Source: Nitrososphaerales archaeon (lineage in GTDB: Archaea; Thermoproteota; Nitrososphaeria; Nitrososphaerales; UBA213). Taken from it: a stretch of 64,000 nt of DNA. Within the stretch, counting starts at the first letter, position 1. Each line of letters starts with the position of its first letter. Location of the stretch: NCBI GenBank assembly GCA_965197925.1, contig CBDAOC010000018.1, positions 224,001 through 288,000 of the forward strand, written 5' to 3'. The translations under genes and the position numbers were made by a program. Positions 23,416 through 34,210 of the stretch are shown piece after piece. Under the pieces are notes generated by a model that was not told where the DNA came from, searched no databases, and was given only the letters and a program-made list of their open reading frames with translations.

Positions 23416-24505
23416 GGCTTGGGCATAATTAAGCCGGTCGAAACGATAAGATCAGGTTCCATTTTTCATTGGTAATGTGTTTAGCTCAGACTCGATACTT
23501 CTTCGTATATTATTTTTGATTGACGTGATTCGGACAAAACCTAATAGGAAAAGAGGTAGACCATTCTACTATTCTCCTACAGTTATGGTGAGATGCTTCA
23601 TCGTTAGAGTATGGATAAGAATACCAAGCAACAATGTGTTACATCAATACTTTTCGATAGACATGCCATACAACAGGAAGGTAATGAAGGCATGTGGTCT
23701 TGATAGGTTGCCAGACAGAAGAACATTCGACAGAAGGTCAAGGCTATATCAATTGACATAAGATCAAGGATAGATGTTATGGGTATGCTCTTCATAAAAG
23801 ATGGGTTGGTAGACCCAGCCATAATATCCGTTGATAGTTCCTTGTTGAAGGCAAAAGGACACGTATGGCACAAATCAAACATGAAGAACGAAGTACCACG
23901 CTCCGGTATAGATACAGATGCTCGATGGGGATTCAGCAGAACCAAGGGATGGATATTCGGATACAAGATGCATCTAGCATGTAGTACTGGTTCGTTGATA
24001 GTTCCATTATCAGCTGATTTCACAACAGCTAACATTACTGACAACAGGATGTATGAAAGCATAACATCTTCATTGCCTTTAGGAATGGTGAGGTATGTTG
24101 TAGGAGATGAAGGATATGATGATCACAAGTTATGTGATTTCAGCAGGTATAGAGGGCATCCAGTATTCCCATTGGAAAGGTACAAGCATACTACAGATAA
24201 TAATAGACTGGCATTGCTGCAGTTCTATCAATCGGAATTTGGGCAGCATGTATATTCTCGGAGGAGCATAAGCGTTGAGCCATTGATAGAGCAGATAAAG
24301 GATGTATTTGATATAGACCCACTACCTGTTAGAGGATTTGATAAAGCTAGGAGCATCGTTCTGATTTCTATATTGCTATACCAGCTGATGGTATACTACA
24401 ACTACTTGACAGGAAGACCATTAAGGGCATTGAAGCACATGTTGGGAAGTTAATCAATCAGAGGCATCAAGTTATTTTTGTTATATGAAATTATGTCCAT
24501 GCCTC
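23414..24505 (+). mobile_element. Lineage G IS copy 3 (frameshifted)
   Basis: ORFs 23477-23761 and 23779-24453; same TIRs. Confidence 0.92.
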
Positions 24506-24692
24506 AACTATCTAACGTTCTAGTCGTTATCTGTGCCAACCTTGCTAAAGAAAGCCCTAAGGATAGACCAGAATCAAGAGCCATTTTTGATAGTAAGACG
24601 GGTAAATCTATCAAATGGGATTCATCCCTATTGCTCATTGCTTCTTGTATGGTAATGTTGTTGATAAATATTTGCTTGATTTAATACAATAC

Positions 24693-25102
24693 AATGGTAA
24701 ATTTAGCAGCAAGCAACTTGCGTTCATAAATAAATATGAGGTATGCCGCAACGCGACCGTTGGCAATGGTAAGCCACATGTAGTGCCAATGTGCTATATC
24801 TTGATAAACGATTTGTTTTACCTTGCTACAGATTATGGTATAAAAAAATACAAGAATTTGCTCAAGAATAGGAATGTTGCACTTGTTATGATGTTTATCA
24901 ACCAAATATGGCAGTTGCTGTTGAAGGTCAGGCAGAAATAGTTGAGAAAGGGAAAGAGTTCAAAGAAATTTATGATAACTTTTATGAAAAATTTGGCTGG
25001 GTCAGAGATTCACCATGGAGAGAGATTGGAGAATCAATTATCAAGGTGATTCCAGGGAGGAAGATCAGTTGGGGACTGACTAATTTGGCAGCTAGATTGT
25101 AG
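24693..25102 (+). pseudogene. Pyridoxamine 5'-phosphate oxidase-like FMN-binding protein, two frameshifts
   Basis: ATV..GKPHVVP, K.KNL..N.NVAL, VEG.AE spread across frames. Confidence 0.75.
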
Positions 25103-25523
25103 GAGAAATTAAGAAATTTTATTTCCTATATCACTAAATCCTCTGGTGTCAATGAAAACAAATATGGGCCTGTCTGCATATCCATTCACAACTTACTTCA
25201 GTACATCTATAAACCAGAGTTGTTGAACAATTTCAATTTCGTAATACATTGTTCTCCGATTACAAGCGTCTAGAGACAGTTATAGATGATTTGTTGGAAC
25301 ATAATATAATACAATATTCTTTGATGTATGGATATCAAAAGACGTCTTCTAAACTAAATATTGTTTGCAATGGAAAAGATTGTAATCGAAAAAGAATGTT
25401 ATTCTAATGGGAAGGAACCCTGCTAAGTTATAGCATAGCATCACATTCATGAATTTAGAAAACATTTAAAATCTAACAGCATTGAAATAATTACTAGAAC
25501 GAATTATCACATTATAAAGCAGA

Positions 25524-25919
25524 TCACTTTCTTATGATAACTTTTGTACTATTATCAATCTTTTCTGCCAAGTTCTCACCGCCAATAATTCTTCCAATCA
25601 CGTTTACTGGAGAATAAGCTTTTATTTTATTGCCACTACTTATCGGTGTTGGACCAAAGAACAAACACAAAGCCCTCCCCTGTGGCCAGTATGCAACATC
25701 CATCAAATCCACACCGGATTTTGCATTCTCCGTTCCTACATCGACTGGCATTGGCTCTGTATACAATTCTTCACCCCATCGGTTAATGATGACCTCAATA
25801 GGCAATTTTTCCAAAATTGCCTTTACGGTCCTTGATGCTTTCTCTTCGTATAATTCAATACTAACCTTATCTTTGAGGTCAGAAAATCTACAATAATATG
25901 TGTGTACATGTATCACCAC
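25524..25919 (-). CDS. Cyclophilin-like fold protein (DUF369/TM1367 type)
   Basis: RWGEELY, DVAYWPQG.ALCLFFGPTP, SPVNVIG. Confidence 0.85.
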   Translation of the reverse strand: MVIHVHTYYCRFSDLKDKVSIELYEEKASRTVKAILEKLPIEVIINRWGEELYTEPMPVDVGTENAKSGVDLMDVAYWPQGRALCLFFGPTPISSGNKIKAYSPVNVIGRIIGGENLAEKIDNSTKVIIRK

Positions 25920-26018
25920 CCCATTTAGTATAAGAGATTTGCGTTAATTATTCTAGGTTTACTTGAGCTTGTTTTCACCCAAAAGAAATAATATAATCAC
26001 ATTGGAAGAATAACATTT

Positions 26019-27479
26019 ATGGTATTGGACGTACCTCTAATTTTGGGACTGGCCGGTATTTTCATCCTTATTGGATATGTTAGCGATTACATCTTCAGGA
26101 GGTTCGGATTACCAGATATAATAATACTTCTTGCCATTGGGGTGATGTTAGGACCAATATTTGGGGTTATTGAAAGGGTAGATATTATTGATTTTGCACC
26201 CCTCCTATCTGCACTGGTTATAACGATTATTCTTTTCGATGGTGGTCTCAACATGAACTACGAGCGTGTGCTAAAGGGAAGTGGTAGGGCGATGATAATA
26301 GCTTCTACTGGTATAGTTCTGACTATGATTGTAACTATGTTGGTAACAGTTCCTACACTTGGTTGGGAACCTGAGATGGGTCTTCTGATGGGTGCAATTA
26401 TTGGAGGAACAAGCGCAGCCATAGTGATCCCACTTGCGAATAAAATACATTCTAATCAAAAAACATCAACACTGCTTACACTTGAATCTGCTTATACCGA
26501 TGTGATCGTGATAATGGTCGTATTAGCTGTAATCCAGATCATAACCATACAGACAAGCCCTGATGTTCTTGGTTTTGTAAGCAGAGGAATCGTTAACGGC
26601 TTTCTTATCGGTGCTGCTGTTGGCATTATAATAGGACTTGCATGGATGCGTGCGCTTATAGCTATGAAGACGGCCTATGAAGACATTCTTACCTTAGCGA
26701 TTGCATTTGTGCTATACGGTATAACTGAATTTCTGGGAGGAAGTGGTCCTGTTGCAGCACTTGCATTCGGTATAACTTTTGGAAATGCATCAAAGATTTT
26801 TCGATCTCTGAAGCACGAACTTCCTCATGTGATAGACTCAACTATTGAGGTATCTGCTAAGAAGTTCCATTCACAGATATCATTCATGGTGCGTGCAATC
26901 TTCTTTGTCTTCTTGGGACTTATAATCTCAGTTAGCACCACTATGATAATAGCGGGAATCATTATAGCATTAGCACTTTTCTTCGCAAGAATAGGCGCAT
27001 CATGGATCAGCACTTACAGGGATCAGGAGCTAAGGAAGGATATGTGGCTTATTAGCTTCATGTTGCCGAGGGGTCTTGCTGCTGCGGTAGCGGCGCAATT
27101 ACCATTGCTGTATAACATCGAAGGCGCATCGGTATTTACTGATATTGCCTTTGTGGTTATAGTTGTTACGGTAGCAATTACTGGAATAGGAGTGAATACA
27201 ACCAAGGCCTCGGTTTCACTATTACCTACACTGAAGAAAGTTACTGGTTCAATTGGAAGAACAGAGGTGTTCAAGAAATCAATGATATTAACAGCAATAG
27301 GATTTGCCATAACTATATCAGGCGTATTTGCATACAACGGTGTCACTGGCGGTGAATTATTTGGAAAATTTACTCCAGTAATTGAACAGAGCAGAGTATC
27401 GGATCTTACCGTTAAACCCGTAGGAACAGATAGAACATACTTATTCGACAGCATTTCAACTGAGAAGAATGCAATATGA
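26019..27479 (+). CDS. NhaP-type (CPA1) cation/proton antiporter with C-terminal extension
   Basis: ILFDGGL, GTSAAIVIP, ESAYTD, FFVFLG, PRGLAAAV. Confidence 0.9.
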   Translation: MVLDVPLILGLAGIFILIGYVSDYIFRRFGLPDIIILLAIGVMLGPIFGVIERVDIIDFAPLLSALVITIILFDGGLNMNYERVLKGSGRAMIIASTGIVLTMIVTMLVTVPTLGWEPEMGLLMGAIIGGTSAAIVIPLANKIHSNQKTSTLLTLESAYTDVIVIMVVLAVIQIITIQTSPDVLGFVSRGIVNGFLIGAAVGIIIGLAWMRALIAMKTAYEDILTLAIAFVLYGITEFLGGSGPVAALAFGITFGNASKIFRSLKHELPHVIDSTIEVSAKKFHSQISFMVRAIFFVFLGLIISVSTTMIIAGIIIALALFFARIGASWISTYRDQELRKDMWLISFMLPRGLAAAVAAQLPLLYNIEGASVFTDIAFVVIVVTVAITGIGVNTTKASVSLLPTLKKVTGSIGRTEVFKKSMILTAIGFAITISGVFAYNGVTGGELFGKFTPVIEQSRVSDLTVKPVGTDRTYLFDSISTEKNAI

Positions 27480-27656
27480 CAGTTCGGACCAAGTAATATT
27501 CTCTCACATAAATGGGAGTTCGGCGATGGTTCTAAAAGCAGTCAAGAGCAGGTAATACATCAATATACCGAATCGGGTGTTTACATAATCAAACTGACGC
27601 TAACTAGAGAAGATGGACGTGTATATTCAGAAAACATGGTAATCACAATCCGGTAA
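27480..27656 (+). pseudogene. In-frame PKD domain continuing after the antiporter TGA
   Basis: QFGPSNILSHKWEFGDGS...HQYTESGVYIIKLTLT in the same frame. Confidence 0.75.
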
Positions 27657-27678
27657 TTGATCAGTAAAGCATATACTG

Positions 27679-28002
27679 TTGAATGAATGTTTATTTTTTG
27701 GATTGAAAGGATCTAAAAGAGATAACCTCTTGAAGAAACTTAAGGAGAAGGCTGATGTAGCGACAAAAACAGGTGCAGAAATCGGTAAGAAGGCTGTGGA
27801 AAAGGGACCAGAGTTTGGAAAGCAACTGAAAAGGCATGGCCTAAGATCGATCGAGAGAAGCATCGGGGCTGCAAGGAAAGCGGCAAATTCTGGAGAGAAG
27901 AATATAGAGATTCTTAAACAACTTGCAGTACTAAAAGAAGAAGGTATAATCACTGAAGAAGAGTTCATCAAGAAGAAGAAGGAGATTCTCGATAGAATTT
28001 GA
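27679..28002 (+). CDS. SHOCT-domain protein
   Basis: LKQLAVLKEEGIITEEEFIKKKKEIL. Confidence 0.8.
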   Translation: MNECLFFGLKGSKRDNLLKKLKEKADVATKTGAEIGKKAVEKGPEFGKQLKRHGLRSIERSIGAARKAANSGEKNIEILKQLAVLKEEGIITEEEFIKKKKEILDRI

Positions 28003-28059
28003 AGTAAAAAGAGGAAAATCTTTTAGAGCTAGAAATTTCACTATACTACTCTAGATAAT

Positions 28060-28287
28060 TTGTCAATATTCGCTATATTCCTATTATATAGAATGTATCC
28101 CATGACCCAGTCATCGTTGGACTATTTCCGGAAATTGATAGATGAACACTTTGATAGAGAGAATATCATAATGAAAGAGATGCTAGAGGCGGATCTCTCG
28201 AAAGATGAATGGGTGCACCTCCAAAGTTTCATGAGAGCGCACTCTCACACCAAGTTTGTGACACAAATGAGAAGATACCAGAACTAG
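28060..28287 (+). CDS. Small hypothetical protein
   Basis: ORF; true start probably a later ATG. Confidence 0.4.
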   Translation: MSIFAIFLLYRMYPMTQSSLDYFRKLIDEHFDRENIIMKEMLEADLSKDEWVHLQSFMRAHSHTKFVTQMRRYQN

Positions 28288-28359
28288 CAAGATCAATTGA
28301 CCTCGAGTCAATATTTCGGGAAGGAAAGTTTAATAATTAACCGCAGTTATTTAAAACAT

Positions 28360-28593
28360 ATGGCAAAGGAAGTTTCTAAAAAAGAGACAGGTAAGATTAG
28401 AGGAGGAAAATTAAAGGGAATAGCTCTCTCAGAAAATAATACTTTTAGTGAAAGAATGAGAGCAATTGATCTTCTAGGAGAGCTTGGAGACGATGCATTT
28501 GATGAGCTTTCTGATATAGCATCAAAGGGGCTTACCTATAGTGAAAGAATGAATGCTCTCGACATGCTGGAAAAAATAATTAAAAGCGGTTAA
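28360..28593 (+). CDS. Small HEAT-like two-repeat protein
   Basis: Internal repeat IA...T(F/Y)SERM.A.D.L. Confidence 0.6.
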   Translation: MAKEVSKKETGKIRGGKLKGIALSENNTFSERMRAIDLLGELGDDAFDELSDIASKGLTYSERMNALDMLEKIIKSG

Positions 28594-28708
28594 GTTCAAT
28601 CTGTTCTTTGTTTATTACACGTATAATCAAAAATCGTGGATAAGTATGTTGGATGAATAAATAGACAATCCTTCTTTTCATGAAAAACCAAGAAAGGTTT
28701 AGTCGTGC

Positions 28709-28752
28709 ATATTTGATTATGTAATATTTGATTATGTAATATTTGATTATGT
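28709..28752. repeat. 15-bp tandem repeat, about 3 units (atatttgattatgta)
   Basis: Direct reading. Confidence 0.9.
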
Positions 28753-28816
28753 TAATCTGTAAAGATTATCCCTTCCTAAATTGAGAAGGAAAATGGGAAA
28801 TCTATAGAAATCATCT

Positions 28817-29959
28817 CTAAGAGGGAATCAAACCCCTCTTGTTTAAGCGCTCCAACACAAATAACTCAGTTGCAACATCTATAATAGGTCTAGTTATATC
28901 ACCAATCCTGTTCACTATATCACCAACTTTTCCAGACCATACAGTTGCGAATGATAACAAACAATCTGAATAAGCACTCAAAGCATCAGGGTGCATCATG
29001 GGCGGTTCCTTCACCCTTCCTTCTGAATACAACATTTTCCACCCATTATCTATGTACCAGTTTCGCAAGAATTGTTTGCTAAAATCTTGCAAGTGTCTAG
29101 GTTCTTTCCTTATCTCATCGATCAAAACAGATAATTTTGCATGGTCAAGACTCCATCTACGTTCGTAGAAGTCAATAAGTCTTGTTATCATATTTGGATC
29201 TTTTATTTCCACTATATACCTGTCTTCTTCAGGATTTCCAAAAGTGTCTGCTAGACCAACTTTACCGTCTGAATCTACAAACAATTCGTACTTCCCATCT
29301 GACCTTAGCAGTCCCTTCTCCTTTGCATGTTTCGAAATTAACGAGATGCATTTTTTTATAGTCTTCTGCCCTTGCTCCCACTGGTCATCAGTTAATCTTG
29401 ATCTGCTTTTTGCTTCTTCTTCAGTTAATTGTATATCACCACTCTTGTCGTATTTTGTCGTAAATGTTAACTTGAAGTTGCCATGTTCCACGTCGGGAAT
29501 AACCTTTCCACCTTCAGGCATTTCGGTAAACCCATAATCCCTGAAGTTCTCCTTACCATTTTTGAAATTACGCAAAAGGGATGATCTAGGATGTAAATAA
29601 TAGTGAAAAATAACTTCAAGATCTACAACTCTATTTCTTGTACCAACTTTGATCTCACTAGGGTCTTGTGGGAATCCACCCTCCCCAGGAACTCTTGCCA
29701 CATATATCTTGCATCCATATTCAGTTGTCTCGATGAAACAAGTGCGTATGCCACCTCCCCTCGCTACTTCAAAACTCTTGTTGATGATATATGTCATGGC
29801 CACACTCTTGTTCTTAATATCAAAAGGCCACTTGCCCCTTATCTTGTAATCAAATATCGAGAATGAGTCCTTGGGAATAAAGTAACCTATTCCCATCTCA
29901 TTATCCTTTGGCGATATTTCAATCACGATTTTTTTTGATGATCCCTCTCGTGTATACAT
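28817..29959 (-). CDS. Divergent SAICAR synthetase-like protein
   Basis: GSSK, FSIFD, LEVI, FTTK, DGKYE, ADTFGNPEEDR, SKQFLRNWY. Confidence 0.7.
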   Translation of the reverse strand: MYTREGSSKKIVIEISPKDNEMGIGYFIPKDSFSIFDYKIRGKWPFDIKNKSVAMTYIINKSFEVARGGGIRTCFIETTEYGCKIYVARVPGEGGFPQDPSEIKVGTRNRVVDLEVIFHYYLHPRSSLLRNFKNGKENFRDYGFTEMPEGGKVIPDVEHGNFKLTFTTKYDKSGDIQLTEEEAKSRSRLTDDQWEQGQKTIKKCISLISKHAKEKGLLRSDGKYELFVDSDGKVGLADTFGNPEEDRYIVEIKDPNMITRLIDFYERRWSLDHAKLSVLIDEIRKEPRHLQDFSKQFLRNWYIDNGWKMLYSEGRVKEPPMMHPDALSAYSDCLLSFATVWSGKVGDIVNRIGDITRPIIDVATELFVLERLNKRGLIPS

Positions 29960-30116
29960 TTATGTCATTCTAAAAAACAACTATTCAAGTAATAAAAACA
30001 TTCTAGGGTTTTTATATCACGTTTCTCTAATAATTCCCAATTTAGGGTAATATTTAGCTCATTATTACTATGATTAGAAAACAAAGGGATTAAAATCACA
30101 AAGCAATAACCGTATT

Positions 30117-30505
30117 GTGAAAAAAGCACCATTACGTAGGGATATCTTTGAAATACTTGCCGATGAGGTCACAGTAAAACTGTTAAAATCAGCCTTAATA
30201 GGCTTCAGACCTAGGGGAAATATTGCGGGAAAGCTAAAGATAACGAAGAAACAGTATCAATTCGCCTTCATAAACTTGTTCAGGTTGGGCTTATCCACAA
30301 ACGTAATGGCGTCTATATTCTCACAGTTCTTGGAGAGGTAGTTGAAAAAATAATTCTGAAGGTTGCAGATGATGTTATTTCAAATTATTGGAAGCTTAAA
30401 GCAATAGACTCGTTTGAAAAGAAAGAGATACCAGGGACAGAGAAACGCAAAATAATTGATTCAATACTTTCAGATACTGTAATAAAAGAATACATAAGAC
30501 AATGA
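30117..30505 (+). pseudogene. Winged-helix transcription regulator, frameshifted
   Basis: ITKKQY / RLHKLVQVGLI...YILT.LG...WKLKAIDS across a one-base shift near 30260. Confidence 0.7.
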
Positions 30506-30807
30506 TGTGTTGAATAATTATCAAAAATCTTATCAAAGCAGAATATGACTTTTACACTTCTAGAGAACTAATGCCTGGCAGTAGATTAAAGTATTATGAG
30601 TTTCTTGTACGACCAATTGCCAATTTACAAAAATTCAGACATTCTCAATATTCAAATACAACTCTGGAGATTATATGATGGTAATAAGACAAAAATACAT
30701 CGCCAAGTAAGATACAACTATGGATGTGCAATATTCATTTCTAAATAACTCATAGTGAAATAGATGTTATGAGATAGTTAAGATTTATAATCAAAATACG
30801 CAAAGCC

Positions 30808-31113
30808 ATGCTGTTGCCAATACCTGGTCCAGAATTTGACTCGGTAGAAGATCCTGTCGACGTGATCAGGGATTTTTTGAAGAGAAATAATAAGGATGCT
30901 TGGCTGCCCGAAGAGATAAGCGAGCACACGGGCATAGATATGACTACTGTATATCACATATGTCAAATGATTCGCGCAAGGCATGTTCAATCTGCTGCTA
31001 AAGGAGAGTTCTTTCCAATACGATCAATAGAAAGGCTTGGCCAGATGTACTTCAAGTGGACTTCGCGAAGAAGAAAGTCAACAAGCAAGGAAAACCAAAA
31101 AAAAGATTTATAA
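30808..31113 (+). CDS. Hypothetical wHTH-like protein
   Basis: EEISEHTGIDMTTVY helix-turn-helix pattern. Confidence 0.55.
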   Translation: MLLPIPGPEFDSVEDPVDVIRDFLKRNNKDAWLPEEISEHTGIDMTTVYHICQMIRARHVQSAAKGEFFPIRSIERLGQMYFKWTSRRRKSTSKENQKKDL

Positions 31114-31593
31114 CTCTATAAATTCAGGCTGTTTGGTTTCTGTATCAAATATCACTACTGTAGCTTTACCTCTAAATCCATGCGTCGTTCCTGGATTGAG
31201 AACCAGCGTTTTACCAATTTTTCTATTAACTATTGTATGTGTATGGCCATAAATGAGAACGTCATATTTTCCACATTCTATCAACGCATCATTTAACTGT
31301 GATTCTGTTCCGTGATAAACTGCAATTTTTATTCCTTCCTGTTCAATCGTACAGAAATCCCCTCTAATATCCCCTCCTATCTGATCAAAGGCACTAATTA
31401 GCCCGAATTTATCCCCATCATTATTCCCAAATATTCCAACAAGTTTTAATCCCTCAAGGGCTTTAACTATTCCAGGGCTAACATAGTCGCCTGCGTGAAT
31501 AACAAAGTTTACCTGTTTATCTTTGAATAATAGAACAGCTTTCTTGATATTATCTAAATGATCATGGGAATCTGATATTATACCTATTTTCAC
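31108..31593 (-). CDS. YfcE/MJ0936-family metallophosphoesterase
   Basis: SDSH, HAGD, GNND, YHG, GHTH, NPG. Confidence 0.93.
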   Translation of the reverse strand: MKIGIISDSHDHLDNIKKAVLLFKDKQVNFVIHAGDYVSPGIVKALEGLKLVGIFGNNDGDKFGLISAFDQIGGDIRGDFCTIEQEGIKIAVYHGTESQLNDALIECGKYDVLIYGHTHTIVNRKIGKTLVLNPGTTHGFRGKATVVIFDTETKQPEFIEL

Positions 31594-31716
31594 AATTTTT
31601 ATTTGGAAATCAAGCTAATAGATTTTTCTAAAGACCTAATTCATCTATTTGGTCTTATAATAGGATAACTCCTCTCATTCTCCTTTTGAAGGTGTTATAT
31701 CACCAATTATATAATT

Positions 31717-32808
31717 GAGGCTTGGGCGTAATTTAGTTCGAAACGATAAGATCAGGTTCCATTTTTCATTGGTAATGTGTTTAGCTCAGACTCGATACTT
31801 CTTCGCATATTATTTTTGATTGGTGTGATTCGGTCAAAACCTAATAGGAAAAGGGGTAGACCATTTTATTATTCTCCTACAGTTATGGTGAGATGCTTCA
31901 TCGTTAGAGTATGGATAAGAATACCAAGCAACAATGCTTTGCATGAATATTTTTCGATAGATATGCCATACAACAGGAAGGTAATGAAGGCATGTGGTCT
32001 TAATAGATTGCCAGACAGAAGAACATTCGACAGAAGGTTCAAGGCCATATCAATTGACATAAGATCAAGGATAGATGTTATGGGTATGCTCTTCATAAAA
32101 GATGGGTTGGTAGACCCAGCCATAGTATCCGTTGACAGTTCATTGTTGAAAGCAAAGGGACATGTATGGCATAGATCAAACATGAAGAAGAATGAAGTGC
32201 CACGCTCCGGTATAGATACAGATGCTCGATGGGGCTACAGCAGAACCAAGGGATGGATATTCGAATACAAGATGCATCTAGCATGTAGCACAGGTTCGTT
32301 GATAGTTCCATTATCAGCTGATTTCTCAACAGCTAACATTACTGATAACAAGATGTATGAAAGCATAACATCTTCATTGCCTACAGGAATGGTAAGGTAT
32401 GTTGTAGGAGATGAAGGATATGATGATCACAAGTTATGTGATTTCAACAGGTAAAGGATTCCTGCTTATATTTCCATTGTAAAGGTATGAGCATACTATA
32501 GACAATGATAGGTAGCTTTATTACAGTTCTATCAATCGGAATTTGGACAGCATGCATATTCGCAAATAAGTATAAGCGTTGAACCATTGATAGAGGACAT
32601 AAAGGATGTATTTGATATAGGCCCACTACCTGTTTAGAGGATTTGATAAAACTAGCAGCATCGTTCTGATTTCTATATTGCTATACCAGCTGATGGTATA
32701 CTACAACTACTTGACAGGAAGGCCTCTGAAGGATTTGAAGCACAGGCTGGGAAGCTAAAGAAACAATATCAAAATATTATTATTGTTATTGAATTATACC
32801 CAAGCCTC
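31717..32808 (+). mobile_element. Lineage G IS copy 4 (divergent, degraded 3' third)
   Basis: ORF 31777-32454 then stops and frameshifts; right end aattatacccaagcctc. Confidence 0.9.
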
Positions 32809-33067
32809 AAGTAGTTGGGTAACATAATAGACAAGAATTTAAATCATATTCCGATTCATCATGTATTAGTCAAGTAATCCTGCTCTATATTTCGTACATA
32901 AGGGAAAAGATATGTAATGTTTGCCGTTCAAATTGAGAAACTAAATCCAAAATTGAGCGTATTTTTTAACATAATTTTGAACATTATTGGTTTGAGTTTG
33001 TGATAATCACTACATCAGCATCTGGTCGAGGTCAACAACAATAATTTCAATAATTTGAACGTGAGAA

Positions 33068-33143
33068 TGGGGTCGGTGGGATTTGAACCCACGATCACCA
33101 GCGCCCCGGGCTGGTATCTTTGACCAAGCTAGACAACGACCCC
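33068..33143 (-). tRNA. tRNA-Pro(GGG), intronless
   Basis: GGGGTCG acceptor stem, CCAGC/GCTGG anticodon stem with loop CCGGGGC, GTGGG-TTCAAAT-CCCAC T arm. Confidence 0.9.
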
Positions 33144-33719
33144 ATGAGGGTCTTGATCATGTTTTTGGGTTATTTATTTCAGCAAGATTACCTAATCATT
33201 AGACAATATTTCAACTCATTTCCAGTGATTTATACAGCTCTTAATTTCCACTTTTGCTCTCGCCAGGGTTAGTAGAAATTAGAAGTGCTTAATTACTCCC
33301 AAATCTGTTGCATTTATAGAATCCAGTCCTAGATAGGTTTTCTAACTATTGTATGTATTGTAAAACCAATGGTGACAATCCCGTTATGAATTTTCACCTA
33401 GATTACAAGCTTCAGAAAAATACACTATATAGTTTGGTGATGAAACCCTTAGAGATTGTAAACATGAATCTACCTATAAAAAAAAAGATTATTGTGAAGA
33501 CATTATCAAACAAGTTATTCTTTATGATACTCTCGACAAAAATTGTAGCAAAAAATTGCAATGTATTAGGCTAAAGATCGATTTATTAAGAAAACGAGAG
33601 GAACAAGATTTTAGCACTGAATTTAATTATATGCGCTCAATTCTTTAGATACCCTTTAAGTTTTCCGTTTTATTATAACTTACTATAAAAAGAAGAAAAT
33701 ATAGGGCCCATTAAAAGGC

Positions 33720-34205
33720 CTATCTTGATTTTACCTTCACTTTTTTCTTGGGTTTAATGTTAGTTTTTACCTTACCTATTGATTTCACTTTAATTTTCTT
33801 TGTTTTCCCTCTGAGTATCATCTCTGTATTCTTTTCTATCAAGGTAACTTGCTTGTTGATCTGCCTCATCCATGATTGAATCTCTTTAGTTGTGTATAAT
33901 TGCTTTTGACTGTTCTTGAGTTGACCCTGAATGGGTCGTAGTATTTTTTCTATATTCTGCAGTTGCTCTTGTTGCTTCTTGAAAAGGGTTGAGAGACGGG
34001 CAATATTTGGACCAGTATCCTTTTTCTTTGTAGATTTTGCTCTCGGTTTTAGTTCCTTAGGTTTAGGCTTAGGCTCGAGCATTATCTGCTCATTCTGAGA
34101 CGATTCCAAAGGGTTTGGCAAATCTGAGGTAACTTCTAAACCTTCTGCTGCATTTTGGGTATCTGTTGTTGTTTGAGATATTTCAGGTTCACTAAATTGC
34201 GACAT
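33720..34205 (-). CDS. Lys-rich coiled-coil hypothetical protein
   Basis: Acidic N-terminus, coiled coil, basic tail. Confidence 0.65.
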   Translation of the reverse strand: MSQFSEPEISQTTTDTQNAAEGLEVTSDLPNPLESSQNEQIMLEPKPKPKELKPRAKSTKKKDTGPNIARLSTLFKKQQEQLQNIEKILRPIQGQLKNSQKQLYTTKEIQSWMRQINKQVTLIEKNTEMILRGKTKKIKVKSIGKVKTNIKPKKKVKVKSR

Positions 34206-34210
34206 ACTTA

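Noticed and set aside
11164..24505. Composite transposon carrying the V-ATPase operon
   Set aside because: Copy 2 has its own matching 8-bp TSD, and the outer flanks (aattactt vs aactatct) differ
28709..28752. CRISPR-like array
   Set aside because: Plain 15-bp tandem repeat with no spacers and no cas genes
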